Shown: positions 55,807-64,000 of the stretch, one piece after another
How positions within the stretch are numbered: the first letter of the stretch is position 1
Layout of the letters: the number at the start of each line of letters is the position of its first letter
From: Fimbriimonadia bacterium
Lineage (GTDB): Bacteria > Armatimonadota > Fimbriimonadia > Fimbriimonadales > JABRVX01
NCBI GenBank assembly: GCA_041483895.1
Contig: JBGPGO010000001.1
Coordinates: forward strand, 416,001-480,000
DNA: 64,000 bases
Direction of reading: 5' to 3'
The notes under the pieces: generated by a model
What the model saw: only the letters and a program-made list of their open reading frames with translations
Told to the model about the DNA's origin: nothing
Databases searched by the model: none
Program-made: the position numbers and the translations under genes

Positions 55807-56852
55807 TACTCCACTTCCTCTTTCCGTCGCGAGCGCCTCGGCTTTTCCTTCTCCTTCTCCGCTTCCGGCTCGGCCTTGACCTTGCCGGCGTCGCCTTGTT
55901 CTAACATCTTCTTCGCCAAATCTTCGGCTGTCAGTTTGGTCACGTCCTCTTCCGGTTTTGCCGGCGGCTCATCCACCAAGAATTCTTCGTCGATCTTTTT
56001 CAGGAGAACATCCTCAAGCTGGACAACGTCTTGAGCGTCCAAGAACCCCGCTTTGGCGGCGAGAAGATCGCTGCTGATTTCACCGTGCGGGATCGCTCCC
56101 TCTTGGAACGCCTCGGCGTCTTCCTCGGTCGCGGGCGTCTCTTCGCCCTCTTCCAGCAGCTCTTCTTCTGTATGAGGCAGAACTTCGATGATTGAATCGG
56201 CGATTTTTCCCGCAACGAGCTTGATGGCGCGAATAGCGTCGTCGTTGCCTGGAATTACATAATCTACGTCGTCGGGATCACAATTCGTATCAACGATTGC
56301 GACGATCGGGATGCCGAGCTTTTTGGCTTCGGCAACCGCGATGGCCTCTTTCTTGAGGTCCACGATGAACATCAGCTTGGGAAGGCTGGGCATATCCTTG
56401 ATGCCGTCCAGATATCGATGAAGCCGGCCCAATTCGTCCCTTCGCAGCATCGCTTCCTTTTTGGGCAGGCGCGCCAGGAACCCGTCCGCGTCCATTCGCT
56501 CCAGATCCCGCAGGCGGGTTATGCGCTGCGCGATGGTTTTCCAATTCGTAAGCATTCCACCCAGCCATCGTTCGCAAACGAAATACTGGCGGCACCGGAC
56601 CGCCGCCTCTTTGACCGCCGATTGGGCCTGCTTCTTGGTGCCGACGAACAGAACGTGGCCGCCTTCGCTGATGCTGTTTTGAACGTAGTTGACCGCGTCG
56701 TCGAACAGTTTTATGGTCTGGTGAAGGTCGATGATGTAGATGCCGCTGCGGGCGCCGTAGATATAGGGCTTCATTTTGGGGTTCCACTTGCGGGTTACGT
56801 GGCCGAAGTGGACGCCCGATTCCAGAAGCTCTTTCATGCTGAGAGCTGCCAA
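55806..56852 (-). CDS. rpsB: 30S ribosomal protein S2 with long acidic C-terminal extension
   Basis: [44 protein letters not shown] start with AAGGAG SD. Confidence 0.97.
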   Translation of the reverse strand: MAALSMKELLESGVHFGHVTRKWNPKMKPYIYGARSGIYIIDLHQTIKLFDDAVNYVQNSISEGGHVLFVGTKKQAQSAVKEAAVRCRQYFVCERWLGGMLTNWKTIAQRITRLRDLERMDADGFLARLPKKEAMLRRDELGRLHRYLDGIKDMPSLPKLMFIVDLKKEAIAVAEAKKLGIPIVAIVDTNCDPDDVDYVIPGNDDAIRAIKLVAGKIADSIIEVLPHTEEELLEEGEETPATEEDAEAFQEGAIPHGEISSDLLAAKAGFLDAQDVVQLEDVLLKKIDEEFLVDEPPAKPEEDVTKLTAEDLAKKMLEQGDAGKVKAEPEAEKEKEKPRRSRRKEEVE

Positions 56853-56955
56853 TTGATACTCCTTCGGGTTATTTCCTCCCGTGTCGGCCTGGTCCCGCCA
56901 TTCCCGGTTGTCCCAGGACACCCTTGCGGGGGTCGATCGCGGTGCGTGATGGGGG
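56853..56955 (-). promoter_or_regulatory. Probable rpsB leader (S2 autoregulatory 5' UTR)
   Basis: Structured UTR with GGGTG and GGAGGAAATAACCC elements like known rpsB leaders; TATACT at 56958-56963. Confidence 0.6.
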
Positions 56956-57008
56956 TGAGTATACCGAAATGATTTGGTATCATGCGCTGGACGCATTGAG
57001 TGTGGAAG

Positions 57009-57218
57009 ATGAATAAGTACGAGATCATCATTTTTTGGAGCGAGGAAGACGGTCGTTTCGTGGCCGAAGTGCCCGAATTGCCTGGATGCATGGCTGACGG
57101 CGAGACCCAACAGGAGGCCCTTGCCAGCGCGGAAGAGTCGACGAGACTTTGGATTGAGACGGCCCAAGAACTTGGCCGGGCCATACCGCAACCCAAGGGC
57201 CGACTATGCTTCGCTTAG
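57009..57218 (+). CDS. hicB: HicB-family antitoxin (no adjacent HicA)
   Basis: [44 protein letters not shown]. Confidence 0.92.
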   Translation: MNKYEIIIFWSEEDGRFVAEVPELPGCMADGETQQEALASAEESTRLWIETAQELGRAIPQPKGRLCFA

Positions 57219-57259
57219 GCAGGCAGGGGTACAAAAGCAAGCGACGAAGCTGACTCTCT

Positions 57260-59395
57260 GTGTTCCAATCCCTCCTGATCGCCACATCCCTTCTGGTCAA
57301 CCCGACGCAGAGCCTTTTCGCCGGTCATCCTGACTGGCTGCTGGATCCGGCCCCATACAAGACCAAGATCACTGTAACGCCCGATAAACGGGCAATCACG
57401 CTCACAAACGGTCTGATCAAGCGCGTCTGGCGGCTGACCCCGAATGCCGCCACAGTGGCTCTCGATAACCTGATGACCTGCGAATCGATGCTCCGGGCGG
57501 TGAAGCCGGAGGCAAAACTGACCCTCGATGGGAAGGAATACTCGGTAGGCGGCCTGATCGGGCAGCCAAATCTGGCCTACCTGCGACCGGAATGGCTGGA
57601 CCAATTGAAAGCGGACCCGAACGCCCTGCAATTCACCGGATGGGACCGGGCGCCGGTCGAGGAGCGGTTCGCTTGGAAGCGGGTCCGTCACGCGGCGAAC
57701 ATGCCCTGGCCACCGCCGGGTCAGGGTCTCGTTTTTCACTTCCAAGGACCGAACCAGCTAGCCGTAGATGTTCACTATGAGATGTACGACGGAATACCCT
57801 TGGTTGCCAAGTGGGTGCTGCTCAACAATGGCGGCGTCAAGGCGGTACGGCTCGATCGGTTCACTTCCGAGGTGTTGGCGTTTGCCGAATTTGAGTCTGC
57901 GGTGGGTGAGCAGAAGCACTGGGACAGCCCGAATGTGTACGTGTTCAGCGACTACGCCTTCGGCGGCGATACGACCAAGAACGCCAACCACACAACCTTC
58001 TGGGAGACGGACCCCAGCTATCAATCGCAGGTCAACTACGACCTTAAGACCCCCAACACGCTGGAATCTCGGCCTCCGCTTGGACCTGCCATGGACATCC
58101 CTCCCGGCGGCTCCTTCGAGACCTTCCGGACCTTCGAGCTGCTCTACGATTCGACGGAACGAGAGCGCAAAGGTCTCGACGTGCGCCGGGCTTACAAAAC
58201 CTTGGCTCCGTGGGTCACGGAAAGCCCTCTCATGCTCCACCTCACCTCAACCGACCCGCAGGTCGTCCATCGCGCAATCGATCAATGCGCGGAGGTCGGC
58301 TTCGAGATGGTGATCTTCAGCTTCGGCAGCGGGCTGAATATGGAAGACGATTCTGAGGTCAACATTCGAAAATTCAGAGAGTTCTCGGACTATGCGCACT
58401 CCAAGGGGTTGCAAATTGGCGGCTATTCACTGCTCGCAAGCCGCCGGATCAGCGACGAGGACGACGTGATCGATCCCGAGACCAAGAAGCCGGGCAAGGC
58501 AATCTTCGGCAACTCCCCCTGCCTTGGGAGCCGTTGGGCGGATCGCTATTTCGCGGCGCTGCGAACGTTCCTGGTAGGGACCCATTTCGACCTGTTGGAA
58601 CATGACGGCAGCTATCCGGGAGACGTATGCGCCTCGACGACCCATCCGGGTCATAAGGGCTTGGAAGATTCGCAATGGACCCAATTTCAGAAAATCGTGG
58701 AGTTCTATCGCTGGTGCCGAGCGCAAGGCATCTTCTTGAATGTCCCGGATTGGTATTTTCTGGAAGGGTCGAACAAGTCCGGAATGGGATACCGGGAAAC
58801 CAACTGGTCGCTTCCGCGCGAAGAGCAGATTGTGCTCGCTCGCCAAAACATGTACGACGGCACCTGGGAAAAGACTCCTACGATGGGTTGGATGTTCTGT
58901 CCGCTCGTTGAGTATCAGGGCGGCGGCGCCGCCGCGACGATTGAGCCGCTTAGCGAGCATTTGGATGCTTACGGAGCGCATTTGCGCAACTATGTCGGCT
59001 TCGGGGTGCAGGCCTGCTACCGGGGTCCGCGGCTGTACGATTCGCCGAAAACGGAGGCGCTCGTCAAGAAATGGGTCTCGTTCTTCAAGGAGCATCGAGA
59101 CATTCTGGAGTGCGACATCGTGCACGTGCGGCGCGCGAACGGACGCGATCTGGACATCATCTTGCACGTCAATCCCAAATTGACGACCAAAGGGTTTGCC
59201 ATGATTTACAACCCCACCTCCGATCCGATAACGGAAGAAGTAATGCTTTCCAGCTATTACACCGGCTTGAGCCAAAACGCCACGATTCAAATTCAGGATG
59301 GCAAGGCGAAGACCGTTCCCATCGATCCTTCGGGCCGGATTCATCTGTCTGTGACGGTTCCATCCCAAGGCGCTATTTGGCTGACGATACGGTAA
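57260..59395 (+). CDS. Alpha-galactosidase-like glycoside hydrolase (GH36/clan D-like)
   Basis: MLRAVKPEA, HYEMYDG.P, APWVTESP, GFEMVIFSFGSG, EHDGSYPGD, MGYRETNWSLPR. Confidence 0.75.
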   Translation: MFQSLLIATSLLVNPTQSLFAGHPDWLLDPAPYKTKITVTPDKRAITLTNGLIKRVWRLTPNAATVALDNLMTCESMLRAVKPEAKLTLDGKEYSVGGLIGQPNLAYLRPEWLDQLKADPNALQFTGWDRAPVEERFAWKRVRHAANMPWPPPGQGLVFHFQGPNQLAVDVHYEMYDGIPLVAKWVLLNNGGVKAVRLDRFTSEVLAFAEFESAVGEQKHWDSPNVYVFSDYAFGGDTTKNANHTTFWETDPSYQSQVNYDLKTPNTLESRPPLGPAMDIPPGGSFETFRTFELLYDSTERERKGLDVRRAYKTLAPWVTESPLMLHLTSTDPQVVHRAIDQCAEVGFEMVIFSFGSGLNMEDDSEVNIRKFREFSDYAHSKGLQIGGYSLLASRRISDEDDVIDPETKKPGKAIFGNSPCLGSRWADRYFAALRTFLVGTHFDLLEHDGSYPGDVCASTTHPGHKGLEDSQWTQFQKIVEFYRWCRAQGIFLNVPDWYFLEGSNKSGMGYRETNWSLPREEQIVLARQNMYDGTWEKTPTMGWMFCPLVEYQGGGAAATIEPLSEHLDAYGAHLRNYVGFGVQACYRGPRLYDSPKTEALVKKWVSFFKEHRDILECDIVHVRRANGRDLDIILHVNPKLTTKGFAMIYNPTSDPITEEVMLSSYYTGLSQNATIQIQDGKAKTVPIDPSGRIHLSVTVPSQGAIWLTIR

Positions 59396-59481
59396 GGATG
59401 CGGAACTGAGACAATTCTTATCTTGTTTGAGCTATCGAGCACCGATTTGCGGTGCGGCGCGATAGGTTGGAAGGAGAACAT

Positions 59482-62415
59482 ATGCGTAATCTGCTGGCCC
59501 TGGCGGTCGGTGTATCCGCCATGGCGTCTGCGTTGGCGTTGCCGAGAGCAGCCGCCATCCTCGATTTTCACAAGATCAATCCAAATGCCAAGTTCTACAT
59601 GGACGGCGCAAGCATCCGCCGGGTTTATGGTCCGGCCTTTGCAACAGGCATCAACGCCGAGGATACTGCCATTCGGTTCCTGAAGAGTTATAGCTCCATG
59701 TTCGGCGTTGCCGCCGTTGATTTGCATCCCACGCTGACCACGGACCTCATGCGAGGCAAGTTCACGATGATCCGATACGAGCAGCGTTACTACGGCATTC
59801 CCGTTCATGGCGCCTATCTGACTCTGGTGATGCGGACCGATGCGAACAACAGCATGGTGCTCGCTTCCAACTATCTCAAGCCGATCGCCGGCAGCGTGCC
59901 GCCTCCCTATGCGGTGTCTTCCGATGATGTCCTTACTCGTTGGCGTCCCTGGTTCGTCGACTTCACATTTTCGACTCCAGCACCGGTCGTCTACATTGAA
60001 GACAATGGGCGCGCGAAGTTCGGATATCAATTCACGGTCAGAAACACCAACGCGGTTTATCCCGAGAAGTATCTCGTAATCGTCGATGGTTCCGACCCGA
60101 AAGCCTCGATCCTGTTCCAAGAATCGCGCATCTATGATGATGATGTTTCCGGATCTGTTCAGGGTTGGGCGACTCCGGGCGACCTGCCGGATGTTGCGAC
60201 CAACCTGCCGACATTGCAGCCCATTGATGGCATGAGGGTAAAAGTTGCGGGCGGCAACACCGGCCAATCCGATCTAAGTGGCCTGTTCACCATCGTGAAC
60301 GCAGGCAGCTCCCCGGTGGACGTCAGCGCAAATGTCACGGGTCCCGGATCGACGGTCGGCGGACAATGGGTCTGGATTGATGACCAGCAGGGCGTCGAAA
60401 TGTCGCTTTCCCAAAACGTTACTCCTCCGGGACCGGCGGACTTCATCTTCAATTCCAGTCCGACCCAATTCACCACGGCCCAGATAAACGCATTCATCTG
60501 GGTGCCGAGAACTCACAACATGGTGAAAGCAACTGATCCAACATACCCAGGCATCGACGTCCAAATGCGTGCGAACGTGAACTTGACTAGTACCTGCAAC
60601 GCTTTTTATGACGGCGCGTCGGTCAACTTTTATAACGCGGGCGGCGGATGTCCGAATACGGCCTATTCCACGGTCATGGCCCACGAATACGGTCATCACA
60701 TCGTGGCGAGTGGACACGCGAATCCATCGGGAGACTTCCATGAAGGCGTCGCCGATGTTACCGCGGAGCTGCTGATCGACAGCGACTGTCTTGGTCGTGG
60801 ATTCCAGGGAGGTACGGGGTGCCTTCGCAGTGGCTACAACAGCGTCAAATACCCTTGCAGCGGTGAAGTGCACACCTGCGGAGAGGTCATGTCTGGGGCA
60901 TATTGGTTGACCCGCGACCAGATGAAAATCACGGAACCCGTCAACTATCTCAGCATCATGCGCGACCTCTATGTATTCATGATCAAGATGTCGCCGACTA
61001 TCGATCCTAGTATTACTGTCGACGTTCTCACATTGGACGACGACAACGGCGATATCGACGATGGAACGCCGCACTACAATGAAATCGCCGCTGGGTTCGG
61101 TGCAAAGAACCTCACGGCGCCGCCATTGGTCTATCTGGACTTTACCTATCCCGACGGCAAGCCGGAGCTCGTCAGTCCCGCAGGCGGAACCCGAATGCGA
61201 GTTATCGTGTCGGGCCACGTCAAGACGCCTCAGCCGGGCACCGGCAAACTGTATTACAGCACCGGCGGATCCTACACCGCGATCCCAATGGAGGAGGTCT
61301 CCTCGAATGTCTACGACGCCGTCTTCCCATCGCTGCCGTGCGGATCAACGGTAAAGTACTACGTCAATGCCCAGACGACCGATGCGACAGAGGCATTCGA
61401 CCCAACCAACGCCCCGACCGGCTATTACAGGACGATCAGCGCTTACGGATTGACGCCCTACTTCGACGACAACTTTGAAACCGATCAAGGTTGGACTGTA
61501 TCCAATAGCGGCGCCACCACAGGCATCTGGGCTCGCGGTACTCCGGCGGGAGGAGGAGCGCGAGGCGACAATCCGACGGACTACAACGGTTCGGGCCAAT
61601 GCTATTGCACGGACCCGGCAGCCGGCGATACCGACGTTGACGGCGGGACGACTCGCCTGATTTCGCCGACCTTTAATCTCGCTGGTACCAATGCGATCAT
61701 CAGCTACGCCCGCTGGTACTCCAACAGTTTTGGTGGCGACCCGCATAACGACACCATGACGGTTCAAATAACCAACAACGGTACCCTTTGGACTACTGTG
61801 GAGACTGTCGGCCCGGTCAATCAGGCAGACGGCGGTTGGTTCACCAATTCGTTCAAAGTGAGCGATTACATCACCCCTTCGGCAACGATAAAAGTGAGAT
61901 TCAATGCTTCCGATCTCGGCTCAGGCTCGGTTGTTGAGGCTGCCGTCGACGCTTTCAAGGTTGAAACTTTGAATTGCACACCGTCGAACAGCCTGTTCGG
62001 TCATATCGATCTCGATCTGCTCTCTGCCTCGCCATCCGGCCAGGCCGTGACGATCGAGTTCCGGACACCGAACACCGCCACCGTAGTTGCCAGCTATCCG
62101 GTCGTCCTCGACAGTTTGGGAAACTACAACATCCCGTCCGTTGTCGGTGGCACATACGACATCGCCGCCAAGGGTGCGAATTGGCTGCGTCAGAAGCTGC
62201 TGTCTCAGACCGTTAGCGGCACGACTGAGGCGAACTTCGCGCTGATCAACGGAGACGCGGATCCAAACAATGCGGTGGATCTTGGTGACATGAACAAGGT
62301 GTTCATAAACTTTGCAAACCCAGGCGGCGACGGGGACATCAATTGGGATGGAATCGTCGGCGTGGAGGATCTGTCGATCATCTTCATTGAGTTTGGAGCG
62401 AACGGCGATTCCTAG
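59482..62415 (+). CDS. Secreted M4/M36-like zinc metallopeptidase with beta-sandwich and dockerin-like domains
   Basis: Signal peptide, FTP-like propeptide (RYEQRYYGIPV), CNAFYDG, HEYGH, EGVAD, C-terminal NWLR..NGDADPNNAVDLGD..DINWDG. Confidence 0.88.
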   Translation: MRNLLALAVGVSAMASALALPRAAAILDFHKINPNAKFYMDGASIRRVYGPAFATGINAEDTAIRFLKSYSSMFGVAAVDLHPTLTTDLMRGKFTMIRYEQRYYGIPVHGAYLTLVMRTDANNSMVLASNYLKPIAGSVPPPYAVSSDDVLTRWRPWFVDFTFSTPAPVVYIEDNGRAKFGYQFTVRNTNAVYPEKYLVIVDGSDPKASILFQESRIYDDDVSGSVQGWATPGDLPDVATNLPTLQPIDGMRVKVAGGNTGQSDLSGLFTIVNAGSSPVDVSANVTGPGSTVGGQWVWIDDQQGVEMSLSQNVTPPGPADFIFNSSPTQFTTAQINAFIWVPRTHNMVKATDPTYPGIDVQMRANVNLTSTCNAFYDGASVNFYNAGGGCPNTAYSTVMAHEYGHHIVASGHANPSGDFHEGVADVTAELLIDSDCLGRGFQGGTGCLRSGYNSVKYPCSGEVHTCGEVMSGAYWLTRDQMKITEPVNYLSIMRDLYVFMIKMSPTIDPSITVDVLTLDDDNGDIDDGTPHYNEIAAGFGAKNLTAPPLVYLDFTYPDGKPELVSPAGGTRMRVIVSGHVKTPQPGTGKLYYSTGGSYTAIPMEEVSSNVYDAVFPSLPCGSTVKYYVNAQTTDATEAFDPTNAPTGYYRTISAYGLTPYFDDNFETDQGWTVSNSGATTGIWARGTPAGGGARGDNPTDYNGSGQCYCTDPAAGDTDVDGGTTRLISPTFNLAGTNAIISYARWYSNSFGGDPHNDTMTVQITNNGTLWTTVETVGPVNQADGGWFTNSFKVSDYITPSATIKVRFNASDLGSGSVVEAAVDAFKVETLNCTPSNSLFGHIDLDLLSASPSGQAVTIEFRTPNTATVVASYPVVLDSLGNYNIPSVVGGTYDIAAKGANWLRQKLLSQTVSGTTEANFALINGDADPNNAVDLGDMNKVFINFANPGGDGDINWDGIVGVEDLSIIFIEFGANGDS

Positions 62416-62432
62416 CAAGTACACCTAAGACG

Positions 62433-62464
62433 AGAGGCCGGGGCATACCGCTCCGGCCTTTTCG
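62433..62464 (+). terminator. Rho-independent terminator
   Basis: aggccggg-cataccgc-tccggcct-ttt. Confidence 0.7.
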
Positions 62465-62566
62465 CTATATAATCATGCTGACGGAATCGGTGGTCCGAAC
62501 GTCAGAACTGATAGAGGCTCGATACCCAATTTGAGGTAGATCGAATAGGCTCGTGGAGGCGGAGAG

Positions 62567-64000
62567 ATGAATCCAGTACGATTTCGATGGCAGTGGGTAA
62601 TCGCCGGCACGATTTCGCTGTTTGCGATCGGGTTGGCAGACGGTGTGTACGGACAGGCTTCATCCGGTCACGGCGGAGGCAAATCCGACATCGGTGGAAA
62701 GTCGGATGGAGGCAAGTCTTCGGGTGGGGGTAAGTCCGAAGGCACAAGATCATCCGGCGGCTCCGGTACGGTTTCCGGCTCACGCGGTGGCGGTCAGGGC
62801 AGCGGCTCCGGTACGGTTTCCGGCTCACGCGGCGGCGGCTCCAACGGCGGCGGACAAGGCACCGGCTCCGGTACGGTTTCCGGCTCACGCGGCGGCGGCT
62901 CCAACGGCGGCGGACAAGGCAGCGGCACCGTTTCTGGCTCACGCGGCGGTGGGTCCAATGGAGGCGGTCAGGGCAGCGGCTCCGGCACGGTTTCCGGCTC
63001 ACGCGGCGGTGGTTCCACCGGTGGCGGCTCCGGCACCGTTTCTGGCTCACGCGGTGGAGGCTCCAACAGTGGCGGCCAGGGCAGCGGCTCTGGCACCATT
63101 TCCGGCTCACGCGGCGGTGGCCCCAACGGCGGCGGACAGGGCAGCGGCTCCGGCACTGTTTCCGGTTCACGCGGCGGCAGTAACCAAGGCAGCGGCACGG
63201 TTTCGGGCTCGCGCGGCAACGGTCAAAGCGGGGGCTCCGGCACGGTGTCCGGTTCACGCGGTGGCGGCTCCAACGGAGGTGGCCAAGGAACCATCGGCGG
63301 ACGCGATACTGGCGGCACTCACTCCAGCGGTCAAGGCACAATCGGTGGTCGCGACAGTGGCGGTAACCAGGGCGGAGGCCAAGGAACCATCGGCGGACGC
63401 GATACCGGAAGCCAGGGCACAATCGGTGGCCGCGACACCAGCGGTAGCCACAAGGGCGACATGAATCGCGGCGGCTCCAATGACGGCCAGTTCAGCCACG
63501 GCGGACGCCAAGGCGGTGACGGCGGACGCGACAGCGGAAATAAGAGCGGCGCCGACATCCAAGGCAGGCAGGGCGGCTACCGAATGGGCAGCGACAAAGG
63601 CCAAAAGGGTGGATGGTCCGATCGCGTCCAACCCGGAATGGACTACCGCAAGACCAACGAGATCAAAGGCATCATCGCGCCCAGCAAGTTGGGGGACCAC
63701 AACCGGACCGGCAAAGGGGACGGGACCTACAAGCGCGGCGGCTTCGGTTCCATCGAGCGCGGCAATCGCAACCACGGCGTCATCATCAACACCGACGGAT
63801 GGCGACACGGCTTTTGGGGCTGGAATCGCAGCTGGCGGGATGACTTCTGGTTCTGGGACTACTACTGCTACTCGCCGATTATCAATTTCTGCTCGCCGTC
63901 GATCTACTACTGGTATGGATCCTGCCCGCCCTATCTATGGTATGCGCGGCTGGTCATCCGTCCGTATCCGATCATAATATATGTTGAGCGGCCTTGCAGT
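62567..64000 (+). CDS. Secreted Gly/Ser-rich repeat protein, truncated by the window end (absent from the ORF track)
   Basis: GGAGG SD; MNPVRFRWQWVIAGTISLFAIGLADG signal; about ten GT(V/I)SGSRGG repeats; aromatic domain WRHGFWGWNRSWRDDFWFWDYY; the frame appears open to 64000. Confidence 0.85.
   Translation, partial: MNPVRFRWQWVIAGTISLFAIGLADGVYGQASSGHGGGKSDIGGKSDGGKSSGGGKSEGTRSSGGSGTVSGSRGGGQGSGSGTVSGSRGGGSNGGGQGTGSGTVSGSRGGGSNGGGQGSGTVSGSRGGGSNGGGQGSGSGTVSGSRGGGSTGGGSGTVSGSRGGGSNSGGQGSGSGTISGSRGGGPNGGGQGSGSGTVSGSRGGSNQGSGTVSGSRGNGQSGGSGTVSGSRGGGSNGGGQGTIGGRDTGGTHSSGQGTIGGRDSGGNQGGGQGTIGGRDTGSQGTIGGRDTSGSHKGDMNRGGSNDGQFSHGGRQGGDGGRDSGNKSGADIQGRQGGYRMGSDKGQKGGWSDRVQPGMDYRKTNEIKGIIAPSKLGDHNRTGKGDGTYKRGGFGSIERGNRNHGVIINTDGWRHGFWGWNRSWRDDFWFWDYYCYSPIINFCSPSIYYWYGSCPPYLWYARLVIRPYPIIIYVERPCS

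Noticed and set aside
56853..57191. N-terminal extension of RpsB in the 461-aa ORF
   Set aside because: It overlaps hicB antisense and the rpsB leader; the SD and homology place the start at TTG 56852.
62502..63977. Ala-rich, Arg/Cys-rich and Pro-rich ORFs listed in the track
   Set aside because: They are alternative frames of the Gly-rich gene starting at 62567, which has the SD and signal peptide.

Overview
GC-rich bacterial chromosomal segment, most likely Armatimonadota (Fimbriimonadia-like). This is an inference from two PEP-CTERM proteins, a prepilin/H-X9-DG-type protein, six proteins with a shared C-terminal dockerin-like domain, and Zn-ribbon/HEAT membrane proteins. Core genes: pyrF-mutS2-cdd, trpE, pntAa-Ab-B, ppx-TPR-ugd and rpsB-tsf-pyrH-frr-uppS-dxr-rseP. 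Accessory genes: sugar isomerases and glycoside hydrolases, an acyl-CoA mutase with a fused B12-domain/MeaB partner, TA components, an ABC exporter with an Eis-like acetyltransferase, and several tandem paralogue pairs. No rRNA, tRNA, CRISPR array, integrase, transposase or reverse transcriptase was recognised. The most notable unexplained structures are: (1) two paralogous cassettes, each followed by a synonymous-variant copy of the rseP 3' end; (2) an unannotated 32-aa leader peptide with terminator/antiterminator ahead of the ABC-Eis operon; (3) five copies of an inverted-repeat element with covarying arms and a 36-37 nt spacer; (4) an A-B-A'-B' cluster of putative cohesin-like plus dockerin-like proteins; (5) a candidate sigma54-dependent sRNA; (6) REP elements inserted in frame in ppx; (7) a split IcmF-like mutase system; (8) a recurrent leaderless-promoter signature. 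Family assignments come from motif recognition by eye, not database searches.
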